Positions 25,281 through 33,333 of a stretch of DNA of 64,000 bases are shown here, piece after piece. A program made the position numbers and the translations under genes. How positions within the stretch are numbered: the first letter of the stretch is position 1; each line of letters begins with the position of its first letter. The notes under the pieces are model-generated. The model ran no database searches and was not told the DNA's origin. It saw only the letters and a list, made by a program, of their open reading frames with translations. Source of the DNA: Candidatus Magasanikiibacteriota bacterium (GTDB lineage: Bacteria > Patescibacteriota > Patescibacteriia > Magasanikbacterales > GWA2-37-8); the NCBI GenBank assembly GCA_016182085.1, contig JACOYB010000004.1, positions 75,976-139,975 on the forward strand, in the 5' to 3' direction.

Positions 25281-25805
25281 ATGGAAGTCAGTGAAGAGCT
25301 GAGGCTGGTAGCTCGCGCCAAGACCGGAGACCGGGATGCTTTGGGCTTGCTTTGGGATGACCTGACTCCAAAATTATATGGCTATTTGCTTAATCAGTTA
25401 CGTCAAAAAGATCTGGCCGAAGATATAACCCAGGAAACCTGGCTCAAGGCTATAAACCATTTAGATAAGTTTAAGGACAGAGGAGTTCGTTTTAGCGCAT
25501 GGGTGTTTGCGATTGCCCGCAATGAGTGCCGGCAACATTGGCGAGGAGGAAATAAAGAAATACCGGTAGATTGGACTGAAGAGGGGGCTGATAGTAATTT
25601 ACAATCCACCCACAGCGACGATTATCTAATGATTGAATCTGTTTTTATTCATTTATCAAATGAGGAACAGGAAATTTTACGGCTCCGCTATTTGGCCGAA
25701 TTATCCTTTAAAGAAATTGCCGGTATTTTGGAAATTTCCATGATTGCGGCGCGGGTACGCTTGCATAGAGCTTTGTCACGCGCTCGCAACCATATACAAA
25801 AATAA
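25281..25805 (+). CDS. ECF-type RNA polymerase sigma factor
   Basis: Sigma-70 region 2 (DITQETWLKAINHLDKF) and region 4 (LSFKEIAGILEISMIAARVRLHRALSRAR). Confidence 0.85.
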   Translation: MEVSEELRLVARAKTGDRDALGLLWDDLTPKLYGYLLNQLRQKDLAEDITQETWLKAINHLDKFKDRGVRFSAWVFAIARNECRQHWRGGNKEIPVDWTEEGADSNLQSTHSDDYLMIESVFIHLSNEEQEILRLRYLAELSFKEIAGILEISMIAARVRLHRALSRARNHIQK

Positions 25806-25806
25806 T

Positions 25807-27048
25807 ATGTTTTTTACAAATCCGTTAGACAATAAATTGCGAAAGTGGGGCAAAGCAAAACAAGAATTGCCCGCGAGTGTTTCGGCGATGAAAGAAAAAG
25901 TTCTGGCATCTGTAAAGCCAAAGGCAGAACCCTTGCCAAAAACAAAAAACCGCACGCCTTATTGGTTTGTGTTGTCAGGAGCTTTGGCAGCCTTGGTTTT
26001 GTTTATTGGGCAGTATACTTTAAGGCAGATAAATACGCCCGTCGCAGATAGTGGTTTTGGTATCGCCTCTCAAGAACAAATGGCTTTAAGCAGTAAATAT
26101 GAAGAGGAAAATTTGGCATCAGACATGGTTACGCCGAATGTAACCCCGAGCGATTTGGGTATTCAATATGGTGAGGCAACCGGTCTGGGGGGCAGATCGT
26201 ATGAAGATAGTATGGTTGAGAAAGTTTCCAACTTTATTTCTACAGGCCAAGATAGAAACGGCGCTATCTCCGATGCTCGTGAATTTTTAAAGTATGATTA
26301 CAGCGCCACCATTAAAACCAGAAAAGTTGAGCAAATAAGTTCGCGCGTGCAAACGATTGTGCGCGGGCATGGCGGCAGGGTAGACAATATGTATGTGCAG
26401 GAAAAACACGGATATGTTTACTTTGTGGTTCCGAAAAGTTCGCTGGAGGCATTTAAAAATGAGATCAAAGGTTTGGTAAATGTCCGTTTTTACACCGAAT
26501 CAGTTCGCGCTCAAAATTTATTGCCGGAAAAAGTCATAATAGAAAAATCAACCGAAACCGCCAAAGAATCGTTAGCTTCTTTGGAAGGCGAGCTAGCCAT
26601 TCTTACCAAAGAGCACAATACAAGAATTTCCGATCTGCAAAAACAGCTAAACGGAGTAGTGGCAAGTATAAACCGTTTGCGTAACGAGGTAACAACGAGC
26701 ACCGTGCGCCAAGAGGAGATAAAACGAGATATATCACGGCTTTCTGCTGTCCAGCAAAAGCTGCAAAGACAAATTACCGATGAAAATCAAAATTATAATT
26801 CTCAAAAATTTTATTTGGACGACAGAATAAAAAATGCCAAATCTGAAATTTCCAATTTGGCCGAGCAAGATCAAAATCTGCAAGATAACGTGGAGACTGT
26901 CCAAGGGTCGGTAGAAGTAGAATGGGTAAGTATATTTGAAATTATTAAATTATACGTTCCGTATTATTGGGCTTGGGTCCTATCTTTTTGCGCCATTGCG
27001 CTCGCGGTTAATTATTTTAGCAAACGCAGAACTATAGAAGCGCTTTAA
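25807..27048 (+). CDS. putative anti-sigma factor / DUF4349-like membrane protein with extended coiled coil
   Basis: Starts 1 nt after the sigma gene stop. One TM helix after ~65 aa, a long coiled-coil region and a C-terminal TM helix. The ORF-track N-terminal extension overlaps the sigma gene and was trimmed. Confidence 0.5.
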   Translation: MFFTNPLDNKLRKWGKAKQELPASVSAMKEKVLASVKPKAEPLPKTKNRTPYWFVLSGALAALVLFIGQYTLRQINTPVADSGFGIASQEQMALSSKYEEENLASDMVTPNVTPSDLGIQYGEATGLGGRSYEDSMVEKVSNFISTGQDRNGAISDAREFLKYDYSATIKTRKVEQISSRVQTIVRGHGGRVDNMYVQEKHGYVYFVVPKSSLEAFKNEIKGLVNVRFYTESVRAQNLLPEKVIIEKSTETAKESLASLEGELAILTKEHNTRISDLQKQLNGVVASINRLRNEVTTSTVRQEEIKRDISRLSAVQQKLQRQITDENQNYNSQKFYLDDRIKNAKSEISNLAEQDQNLQDNVETVQGSVEVEWVSIFEIIKLYVPYYWAWVLSFCAIALAVNYFSKRRTIEAL

Positions 27049-27156
27049 ATTTTAAAAGGCTGGCAGTACTTTTCAACAAACTTTTTGAGTAGTTGAATTT
27101 CTTGCCAGCCTTGTTGCCCTCTCTTTAGATCGGACGATATTCCAATCCATGTGCTG

Positions 27157-27699
27157 CTACTTGGTCGCGGTCGCTCGCGCCGAGCGGAAGTGGCGGGCGC
27201 AGGCGCAGCGGTGCGTTGGAAACAGTTCGCCCAAGTGTTGGGCCAGAGGTGAAAGCGGATGCCGCAACTGCATTGCCTGCATGAAGCCGGTAACGAGTAC
27301 GCATTTCGCCTCTTCGGGGCAGAAGACTATGACTTTGAGCGCAGCCAGCTTCTGCAGCTGCTCCCCGCTCATTTCCTGCACACCTTCCACCTTGCCAACA
27401 GCGTCAACTGCCAGAGCCAGATTATCAAGGTATGCCTTGCCGGCCTCACCTTGATTTCTGAAGAACTCAATTGAATATCTGCACGCTATGGCCGTTCCTT
27501 CGTCAAGGAAATCTGGCTTCACCAGGAACACAACGTCGTTCGGCGTTGGAATCTGAGCGATCGGAGTTCCGCTCGTATTGGCCGGTGAATAGGTAAAGAG
27601 CACGGGGTTGTTGTTCATGATTGCCTCGCGTGGTGATGGGTACACCGTAGCTTGTACTACGGTGATTTGAAAAAGTTCAACCTGGGTATTTATATCCAA
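27157..27699 (-). CDS. hypothetical protein encoded in a GC-rich (~55%) island
   Basis: 180 aa (or ~153 aa from MNNNPV). Composition contrasts sharply with its neighbours. No motif recognised. Confidence 0.4.
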   Translation of the reverse strand: MDINTQVELFQITVVQATVYPSPREAIMNNNPVLFTYSPANTSGTPIAQIPTPNDVVFLVKPDFLDEGTAIACRYSIEFFRNQGEAGKAYLDNLALAVDAVGKVEGVQEMSGEQLQKLAALKVIVFCPEEAKCVLVTGFMQAMQLRHPLSPLAQHLGELFPTHRCACARHFRSARATATK

Positions 27700-27777
27700 T
27701 TTTTTAGTTTTGTCAACCAGTTAAACTTGTCAGCTAAGCCTTTTACTGCTAATCTATCCTTGTATTAATTTTATTTT

Positions 27778-29247
27778 ATGCCTCAAGATAAAGAGAAGTT
27801 AGCAGGATCGGAAAGCAAAGCTATTGCCAAACGAGCCGAAGATTATTCCCAGTGGTACATTGATATTATTGATGTTGCGGGTCTGGCCGAGCACGGGCCG
27901 GTAAAAGGTACAATGGTGATAAAGCCATATGGCTACGCGATTTGGGAGAATATTCAAAAGATTTTAGACGCAAAATTTAAAGAGTTAGGCGTGCAAAATG
28001 CGTACTTTCCTTTGTTTATTCCTGAAAGTTTTTTGAAAAAAGAAAAAGAACATGTGGAAGGATTTTCGCCGGAGTTGGCAGTGGTTACCCACGGCGGCGG
28101 TAAAAAGTTGGAAGAACCGCTGGTGGTGCGCCCGACTTCGGAAACTATCATGTATAGCACCTTTGCCAAGTGGATACATTCATACCGTGATTTGCCGCTG
28201 CTTATTAATCAATGGGCCAATGTAGTACGCTGGGAAATGAGGCCGCGGTTGTTTTTGCGTACCACTGAATTTTTATGGCAGGAAGGGCATACAGCTCACA
28301 AAACTGCCGATGAAGCCAAAGAATATGCGCTCATGATTTTAAATGATGTGTACAAATGGTTCGCGCAAGAGTATTTGGCAATTCCGGTTTTGGTTGGGCA
28401 AAAATCTCAGAATGAACGATTCGCTGGCGCGCTTTCTACATTTACGATAGAAGCCTTGATGCAAGATGGGAAATCTTTGCAGATGGGTACAGCTCACGAC
28501 CTGTCAGATCATTTTGCTAAATCATTTGAAGTAATGTATTTGGATGAGAAGGGTGAGCAGCAGTTTGTGTTTCAAACCAGCTGGGGTGTCAGTACACGTC
28601 TGATTGGCGGTATTGTTATGAGCCATAGTGATGATAATGGGTTGGTATTGCCGCCAAAAATTGCGCCAATTGAACTTGTAATTGTGCCGATATTTAGAAA
28701 TGCGGATGACGCGCAGCTGCAAGAAGCAAAAAAGATAGCAGAAAATTTAAAGAATACATTCAGAATAAAATTAGATGAGCGGGATAATTTACGAGTGGGG
28801 GAGAAGTTTTTTGAATGGGAAAAAAAAGGCGTGCCGCTGCGTTTGGAAATCGGACCGAAGGATTTGGCTGCCGGACAGTGCGTGCTCGTGCGCAGAGATA
28901 CCGGAGAAAAAATTGTGTGTCCGCTTAGTGATGTAGAAAAAACGGTGAAAGATTTGCTTGAAAAAATCCAGACCAATTTATTTGAATCAGCCTTGGCCCG
29001 ACAGAAACAAAATACTGTATCAGTAGATAATTGGGATGCGTTTGTAGAATCTTTGGAAAAAGGCGGATACATTTCCGCGTTTTGGTGCGAGCGAGCGGAG
29101 TGTGAGTTGGAAATAAAAGAAAAAACCAAAGCAACCACCAGATGTTTACCGTTTGATGCTGAAGAAGAAACAGGTAAGCATGTTTGTGTCCATTGTGGTA
29201 AAGCTGCGCCGCAAGGCAAGCGTTGGATTTTTGCCAGAGCGTATTAA
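27778..29247 (+). CDS. proS: prolyl-tRNA synthetase (archaeal/eukaryote-like class II form)
   Basis: 489 aa. WYIDIIDVAGLAEHGPVKGTMVIKPYGYAIWENIQ..., class II motifs and a C-terminal zinc-binding tail (CVHCGKAAP). Confidence 0.9.
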   Translation: MPQDKEKLAGSESKAIAKRAEDYSQWYIDIIDVAGLAEHGPVKGTMVIKPYGYAIWENIQKILDAKFKELGVQNAYFPLFIPESFLKKEKEHVEGFSPELAVVTHGGGKKLEEPLVVRPTSETIMYSTFAKWIHSYRDLPLLINQWANVVRWEMRPRLFLRTTEFLWQEGHTAHKTADEAKEYALMILNDVYKWFAQEYLAIPVLVGQKSQNERFAGALSTFTIEALMQDGKSLQMGTAHDLSDHFAKSFEVMYLDEKGEQQFVFQTSWGVSTRLIGGIVMSHSDDNGLVLPPKIAPIELVIVPIFRNADDAQLQEAKKIAENLKNTFRIKLDERDNLRVGEKFFEWEKKGVPLRLEIGPKDLAAGQCVLVRRDTGEKIVCPLSDVEKTVKDLLEKIQTNLFESALARQKQNTVSVDNWDAFVESLEKGGYISAFWCERAECELEIKEKTKATTRCLPFDAEEETGKHVCVHCGKAAPQGKRWIFARAY

Positions 29248-29261
29248 AATATTTAAAAAAC

Positions 29262-29300
29262 AAAAAACAGCCTTTGATGAAAACGCTGTTTTTTGTTTTT
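29262..29300 (+). terminator. rho-independent terminator after proS
   Basis: aaaaaacagcctttgatgaaaacgctgttttttgttttt. Confidence 0.6.
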
Positions 29301-29342
29301 GCCTCGACCCATGCTTCACAGCATTGGTCGAGGCTTGTACAA

Positions 29343-30023
29343 CTACCTCTGGCCCTTGGGGTCCCGTCCGTCAGGTGCGGCCTTGCGGCGCGCCTTGGCC
29401 CTGTCCTTCTTGAACTTTTTCCAGTCCTTGGCACCCGTGCTGGTGCTGGTCGTGGTCTGCTGCGGCGAGTTCTCCTCGTACCACTTCGCGTCCTGGCAGG
29501 CATCAGCCATGCAGTACTTGAAGTAGTTGGGAATCATCGCCTTGCAGTCCGGACCAGCGCACTGGTGGCCACAGTCAGAGCAGTAGAGCCCACCGTCCGC
29601 CGGAATCTCGACACTGCACCCCTTGCAGGGCTTGGTGGCGAATTCCGAACAGTTCGGGCAGTAGGTGTGCCACACCGGAATGGTCCGGCCGCATCCACCC
29701 CAGCAGGAATGAACGCAGTCGTCGCACAGCCCGGAGCGGTGGCCCAGTGGCAGCCGGTTGGTGCACTGCGCGCCGGTATCCGGGTGCTCCCGGTTGCGAC
29801 ACTGCTTGGTGGCCGGAGCCATGATCTTCGGCGGCGGAACCACGGGGGGTTCCACCACGGTCGGCTTCATCTGCTTGAGCTGTACCTCCTGGGACAGCGG
29901 GTTGGTGTCGGTCGTCTCCGGGGCGTTGGCCTCGGAGGTGGTGACGGACATCTGGTTGTTGATGGCGCCGGTGAGGATCTGGCCGAGGATGTTGACCAGG
30001 GAATCGGTGAGACGAGCGAACAT
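29343..30023 (-). CDS. cysteine-rich multi-zinc-ribbon protein in GC-rich island
   Basis: 226 aa from MFARL. AAGGAG SD 6 nt upstream. About eight CxxC/CxxxxC pairs (CDDCVHSCWGGCGR, CPNCSEF, CKGCSVE, CSDCGHQCAGPDCK). The plus-strand 350-aa ORF is a GC-rich shadow. Confidence 0.5.
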   Translation of the reverse strand: MFARLTDSLVNILGQILTGAINNQMSVTTSEANAPETTDTNPLSQEVQLKQMKPTVVEPPVVPPPKIMAPATKQCRNREHPDTGAQCTNRLPLGHRSGLCDDCVHSCWGGCGRTIPVWHTYCPNCSEFATKPCKGCSVEIPADGGLYCSDCGHQCAGPDCKAMIPNYFKYCMADACQDAKWYEENSPQQTTTSTSTGAKDWKKFKKDRAKARRKAAPDGRDPKGQR

Positions 30024-30325
30024 GGCATTCTCCTTGTTGAACTCGATGTTCTTCGTAGAAGCGCGCGGGTTGGACCGCACACTTCTTGGAGAGATGGCAC
30101 GCTGTTCATCTCAGCAGGTTGTCATGTGCGGCGTAAAGACAAATTTCATTGGGATAGTCGCATAGATCACCTCGTGGTTAAGTTGTACAGAACGCGGAAA
30201 CCCCGCCTATATATGGCAGTTATTCCGACAGAAAGAAGTTTAAATCCTTTCTCTTGGAACAACAAGAGAGACTAAACAATGTATCATAAAACTCTGGCTT
30301 TGTCAACCGTATATGCTCGCACAAA

Positions 30326-30357
30326 AAAGTCACCGATGAGGGCGACTTTTTTGTTAA
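30326..30357. terminator. terminator hairpin
   Basis: aaaaaagtcaccgatgagggcgactttttt. Confidence 0.5.
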
Positions 30358-30375
30358 TTTTTTATTTAAGACGAA

Positions 30376-30783
30376 CTAAAGGTTTTCATCCTTTCTGCGA
30401 ACGATTCTCCAGTGAATTAAGAACAGTGGAATGCCAACTGCAATCATAGAAAGATCGCGCACGACATCCCTTTGTTTTTGAGCGATGCGATTATCCTCCT
30501 GTTGTTTTTTGCTTAGTTCATTTTGTTTTTCACAATCTTCCCTAGATATTGGCGGGACCGCGTTTGGATCGGTCTTTACTCCAGCCGGCACCAGTCTGGC
30601 GTTCTCACATATGTTTGGCGCATAGTACACATCTTTGTCCGCTTGAGTGAATACCCAAGTTTTTAGAGCGATATTAATTAAATCCGCGGTAGAAAATACG
30701 ACCATCATTAAGGCGACAAATGATACGAGGTAGAAGTAGATGCTTTTGATTGTTTTTTTTGATTGTGCTGGCTGGTTGTCCAT
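30376..30783 (-). CDS. membrane protein, hypothetical
   Basis: 135 aa. N-terminal TM helix, C-terminal TM helix, charged middle. Confidence 0.5.
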   Translation of the reverse strand: MDNQPAQSKKTIKSIYFYLVSFVALMMVVFSTADLINIALKTWVFTQADKDVYYAPNICENARLVPAGVKTDPNAVPPISREDCEKQNELSKKQQEDNRIAQKQRDVVRDLSMIAVGIPLFLIHWRIVRRKDENL

Positions 30784-30901
30784 ATACGAAATGAGTGAGA
30801 GAAATAATCAAATGTGTTTGATTATTTCCGAGTGAATGAGTATATATGCGGCTTTAGCCCCTATATTGTTATAATTAAGAATTATTAAGTTGTTTTTTGT
30901 T

Positions 30902-30974
30902 TGTCATTCCCAACGAATTGGGAATCCAGTATCCGGCCGAATTGTCTGGATTCCCGCTTGCGGCGGGAATGACA
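30902..30974. repeat. palindromic hairpin-pair repeat element, copy A2
   Basis: tgtcattcccaacgaattgggaatccagtatccggccgaattgtctggattcccgcttgcggcgggaatgaca. ~80% identical to the A1 first unit. Immediately 3' of trpS. Confidence 0.85.
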
Positions 30975-30986
30975 ATTGAGTTGGCA

Positions 30987-31961
30987 TTACAGCAATCCCA
31001 TTTTTGTTTTTACTTCTTCCATTTTTTTCTCTGCCACGACCTTGGCTTTGGCTGCGCCTTCCTCCAAAATCTTTTTTACTTTATTATCGTCCAGCGCGTT
31101 AAATTTACTTTGGAATTCCGAAATAAATTGTGTGACTACTTGTGCCAAGCCTTTTTTGAAATCCGCATAACCCTTGCCTGCGTATTCTTTTTCAATATTT
31201 TTTATACTCTGATTTGAAAGTAAAGAATATATAGTAAGCAGGTTGGTTAACGCTGGTCTGTCTGCGCCAGATTCTATAGTTGTGCCGGAGTCAGTGACTG
31301 CGCGGCTGATTTTTTTGGCTACTACTTCTGGAGAATCCAGTAGAGCAATATAGCTGTTGGCGCTAGCGGCGCTTTTGCTCATTTTTTTGGTTGGGTCATC
31401 TAGGCCCATAATGCGCGCGCCTTCTTTATTTATGAGTGGTTTTGGTTCAATAAATGTTTTACCATATAAGGAATTAAACCTGGCGGCTAAATCTCGGGTT
31501 AATTCCACATGCTGTTTTTGATCTTCGCCAACCGGCACGACTTCCGGGCTATATAATAAGATGTCGGAAGCCATAAGTACTGGGTAGTCAAACAGCCCCA
31601 TATTTATATTTTCTTTGTGCTCTTTGGCCTTATCTTTAAATTGGGTCATTCGTTCTAGTTCCGAAAGTTTAGCGATAGTATTTAAAACCCAAGCCAGTTC
31701 GGCATGCTGCGGCACATGTGATTGGACAAAAATTGTAGACTTGTCCGGGTCAACACCCAAAGCCAAATAAGTTTTGGCCACATTTAAAACATTTTGGCGA
31801 AGTTGTTTAGGGTCTTGTTTTACCGTTATGGCATGCAAATCTACCACGCAATAAAAAGCATCATAGGAATTTTGCAATTCTACCCAGTTTTTGATCGCTC
31901 CAAGGTAATTGCCCAGATGCAAATTGTTGGTTGGTTGTACGCCGGAGAATACGCGTTTCAT
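30987..31961 (-). CDS. trpS: tryptophanyl-tRNA synthetase
   Basis: 324 aa. QPTNNLHLGNYLG (HIGH region) and KMSKS present. Confidence 0.9.
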   Translation of the reverse strand: MKRVFSGVQPTNNLHLGNYLGAIKNWVELQNSYDAFYCVVDLHAITVKQDPKQLRQNVLNVAKTYLALGVDPDKSTIFVQSHVPQHAELAWVLNTIAKLSELERMTQFKDKAKEHKENINMGLFDYPVLMASDILLYSPEVVPVGEDQKQHVELTRDLAARFNSLYGKTFIEPKPLINKEGARIMGLDDPTKKMSKSAASANSYIALLDSPEVVAKKISRAVTDSGTTIESGADRPALTNLLTIYSLLSNQSIKNIEKEYAGKGYADFKKGLAQVVTQFISEFQSKFNALDDNKVKKILEEGAAKAKVVAEKKMEEVKTKMGLL

Positions 31962-32056
31962 AGTATTGATTACACGGATTACAGTATGGATTACGCAGAT
32001 TTGAAATTGATAGAGATAGTTTACCGAATTTGTTATGGCTTGTAAACAATCACAGT

Positions 32057-32186
32057 TGTCATTCCCCTAACAAGGGGAATCCAGTATTCGATCGGGTCGA
32101 CTGGATTCCCGCTTTGGCGGGAATGACAGTTGGGACAGAGATCCCTCCGCGGAGTTTATACCCTTTAGGGTGGTCGGGATGACAAT
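32057..32186. repeat. palindromic hairpin-pair repeat element, copy A3 (two units)
   Basis: tgtcattcccctaacaaggggaatccagtattcg...ctggattcccgctttggcgggaatgaca, then agatccctccgcggag...ggtcgggatgacaat. Lies between rlmH and trpS. Confidence 0.85.
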
Positions 32187-32207
32187 TAGCGAAACCTGTA
32201 AGTAATT

Positions 32208-32687
32208 TTAATAATGATAATTCCTGCCGGTATTTATCATCATGGCCCGATAAATTTGTTCCCATAAAAATACCCGGGCCATTTGGTGGGTAAAGGTCAT
32301 GGAAGACAAAGAGAGTTTTAGCTTCGCTAGTTTTAGAATAGACTCATGCAGTCCGAGCGGCCCGCCGATGATAAAAGTGAGATTGTTAATTTGTTGATTA
32401 GTTAACTGGTTGATTTGTTTGGCAAAATCAATTGAAGAAAAATTTTTGCCATGTTCGTCCAGCGCAATTACATGTGCGTCTTTTATTTTGTCTAAAGCCG
32501 CCAAGATTTTTTCCGCCTCTTTTTGTTTTATATTTTCTATATTATCTTTTTCGGAAAAAGATTCTTCACGCAACTGGTGAATAATAATTTTGGCCCAAGG
32601 TTTTAGGCGTTTAAGATATTCAGCCTCGGCTTCTTGCCAGAAAGCTTCTTTTAATTTTCCGAGAACGATTAAATCTATATGTAACAT
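32208..32687 (-). CDS. rlmH: 23S rRNA (pseudouridine1915-N3)-methyltransferase RlmH
   Basis: 159 aa SPOUT-type. MLHIDLIVLGKLKEAFWQEAEAEYLKRL and C-terminal MARVFLWEQIYRA. Confidence 0.78.
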   Translation of the reverse strand: MLHIDLIVLGKLKEAFWQEAEAEYLKRLKPWAKIIIHQLREESFSEKDNIENIKQKEAEKILAALDKIKDAHVIALDEHGKNFSSIDFAKQINQLTNQQINNLTFIIGGPLGLHESILKLAKLKLSLSSMTFTHQMARVFLWEQIYRAMMINTGRNYHY

Positions 32688-33242
32688 ATATAGTATGTAG
32701 CCACGCTCTTAACATTTAATTAGAACATTAGGAGCGTGGCAGACCAACCTTGAGTTATGGGCTAGATGCCGCGCTGACCTCGTCGCCTGACTGCATGCTT
32801 TGGCGGCAGATCTGCCGCATTCGCCGCCCTGGTCGGCTTGTTATGCGGAGGCAGGCAACTTTCAGCCAAACGCGGTGTGAAGTCAATGCCAAGCCAGCCG
32901 AAGATCGGACAGTAATAGTGAGAGAGCGCAATACCCATGGTATCCCCCTATTTTTTGATGTTGCTATCCTGGATAGTAGCGTACGAGTAACCCCAAAGTC
33001 AATTGTGGGTAACTAAGGTTGTACATTGTTGTACATACAAAAGGGTTTATGTTATATTAAATTTATCAAAGACTTACTTACTATGTATGTCAAAACTACT
33101 TAAGCAATCAATGCCGCCGCCCGGGCGCTCTGCGCAAAGTAGGGAAGCTATACAAACGCGACCCAATCCTTTAGGCAGTCTGGATCAAAAAAGGCAAGAA
33201 AGCGTGTTGCCGCAAGCAGTAATCAAAAATTTAGTAGGTAAA

Positions 33243-33273
33243 TAAAAATCCCTGATTTATTTCGGGGATTTTT
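33243..33273. terminator. terminator-like hairpin
   Basis: aaaaatccctgatttatttcggggattttta. Confidence 0.45.
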
Positions 33274-33333
33274 ATTTGTAGCTTAGAGCGTTCATTGACA
33301 ATCAACCAAATACTCACAGACAGGAAGTACCAC

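Noticed and set aside
29223-30275. 350-aa plus-strand ORF (Arg/Leu/Gly-rich)
   Set aside because: Antisense shadow of the GC-rich Cys-rich gene, which has a proper SD and start. The composition is typical of out-of-frame GC-rich translation.
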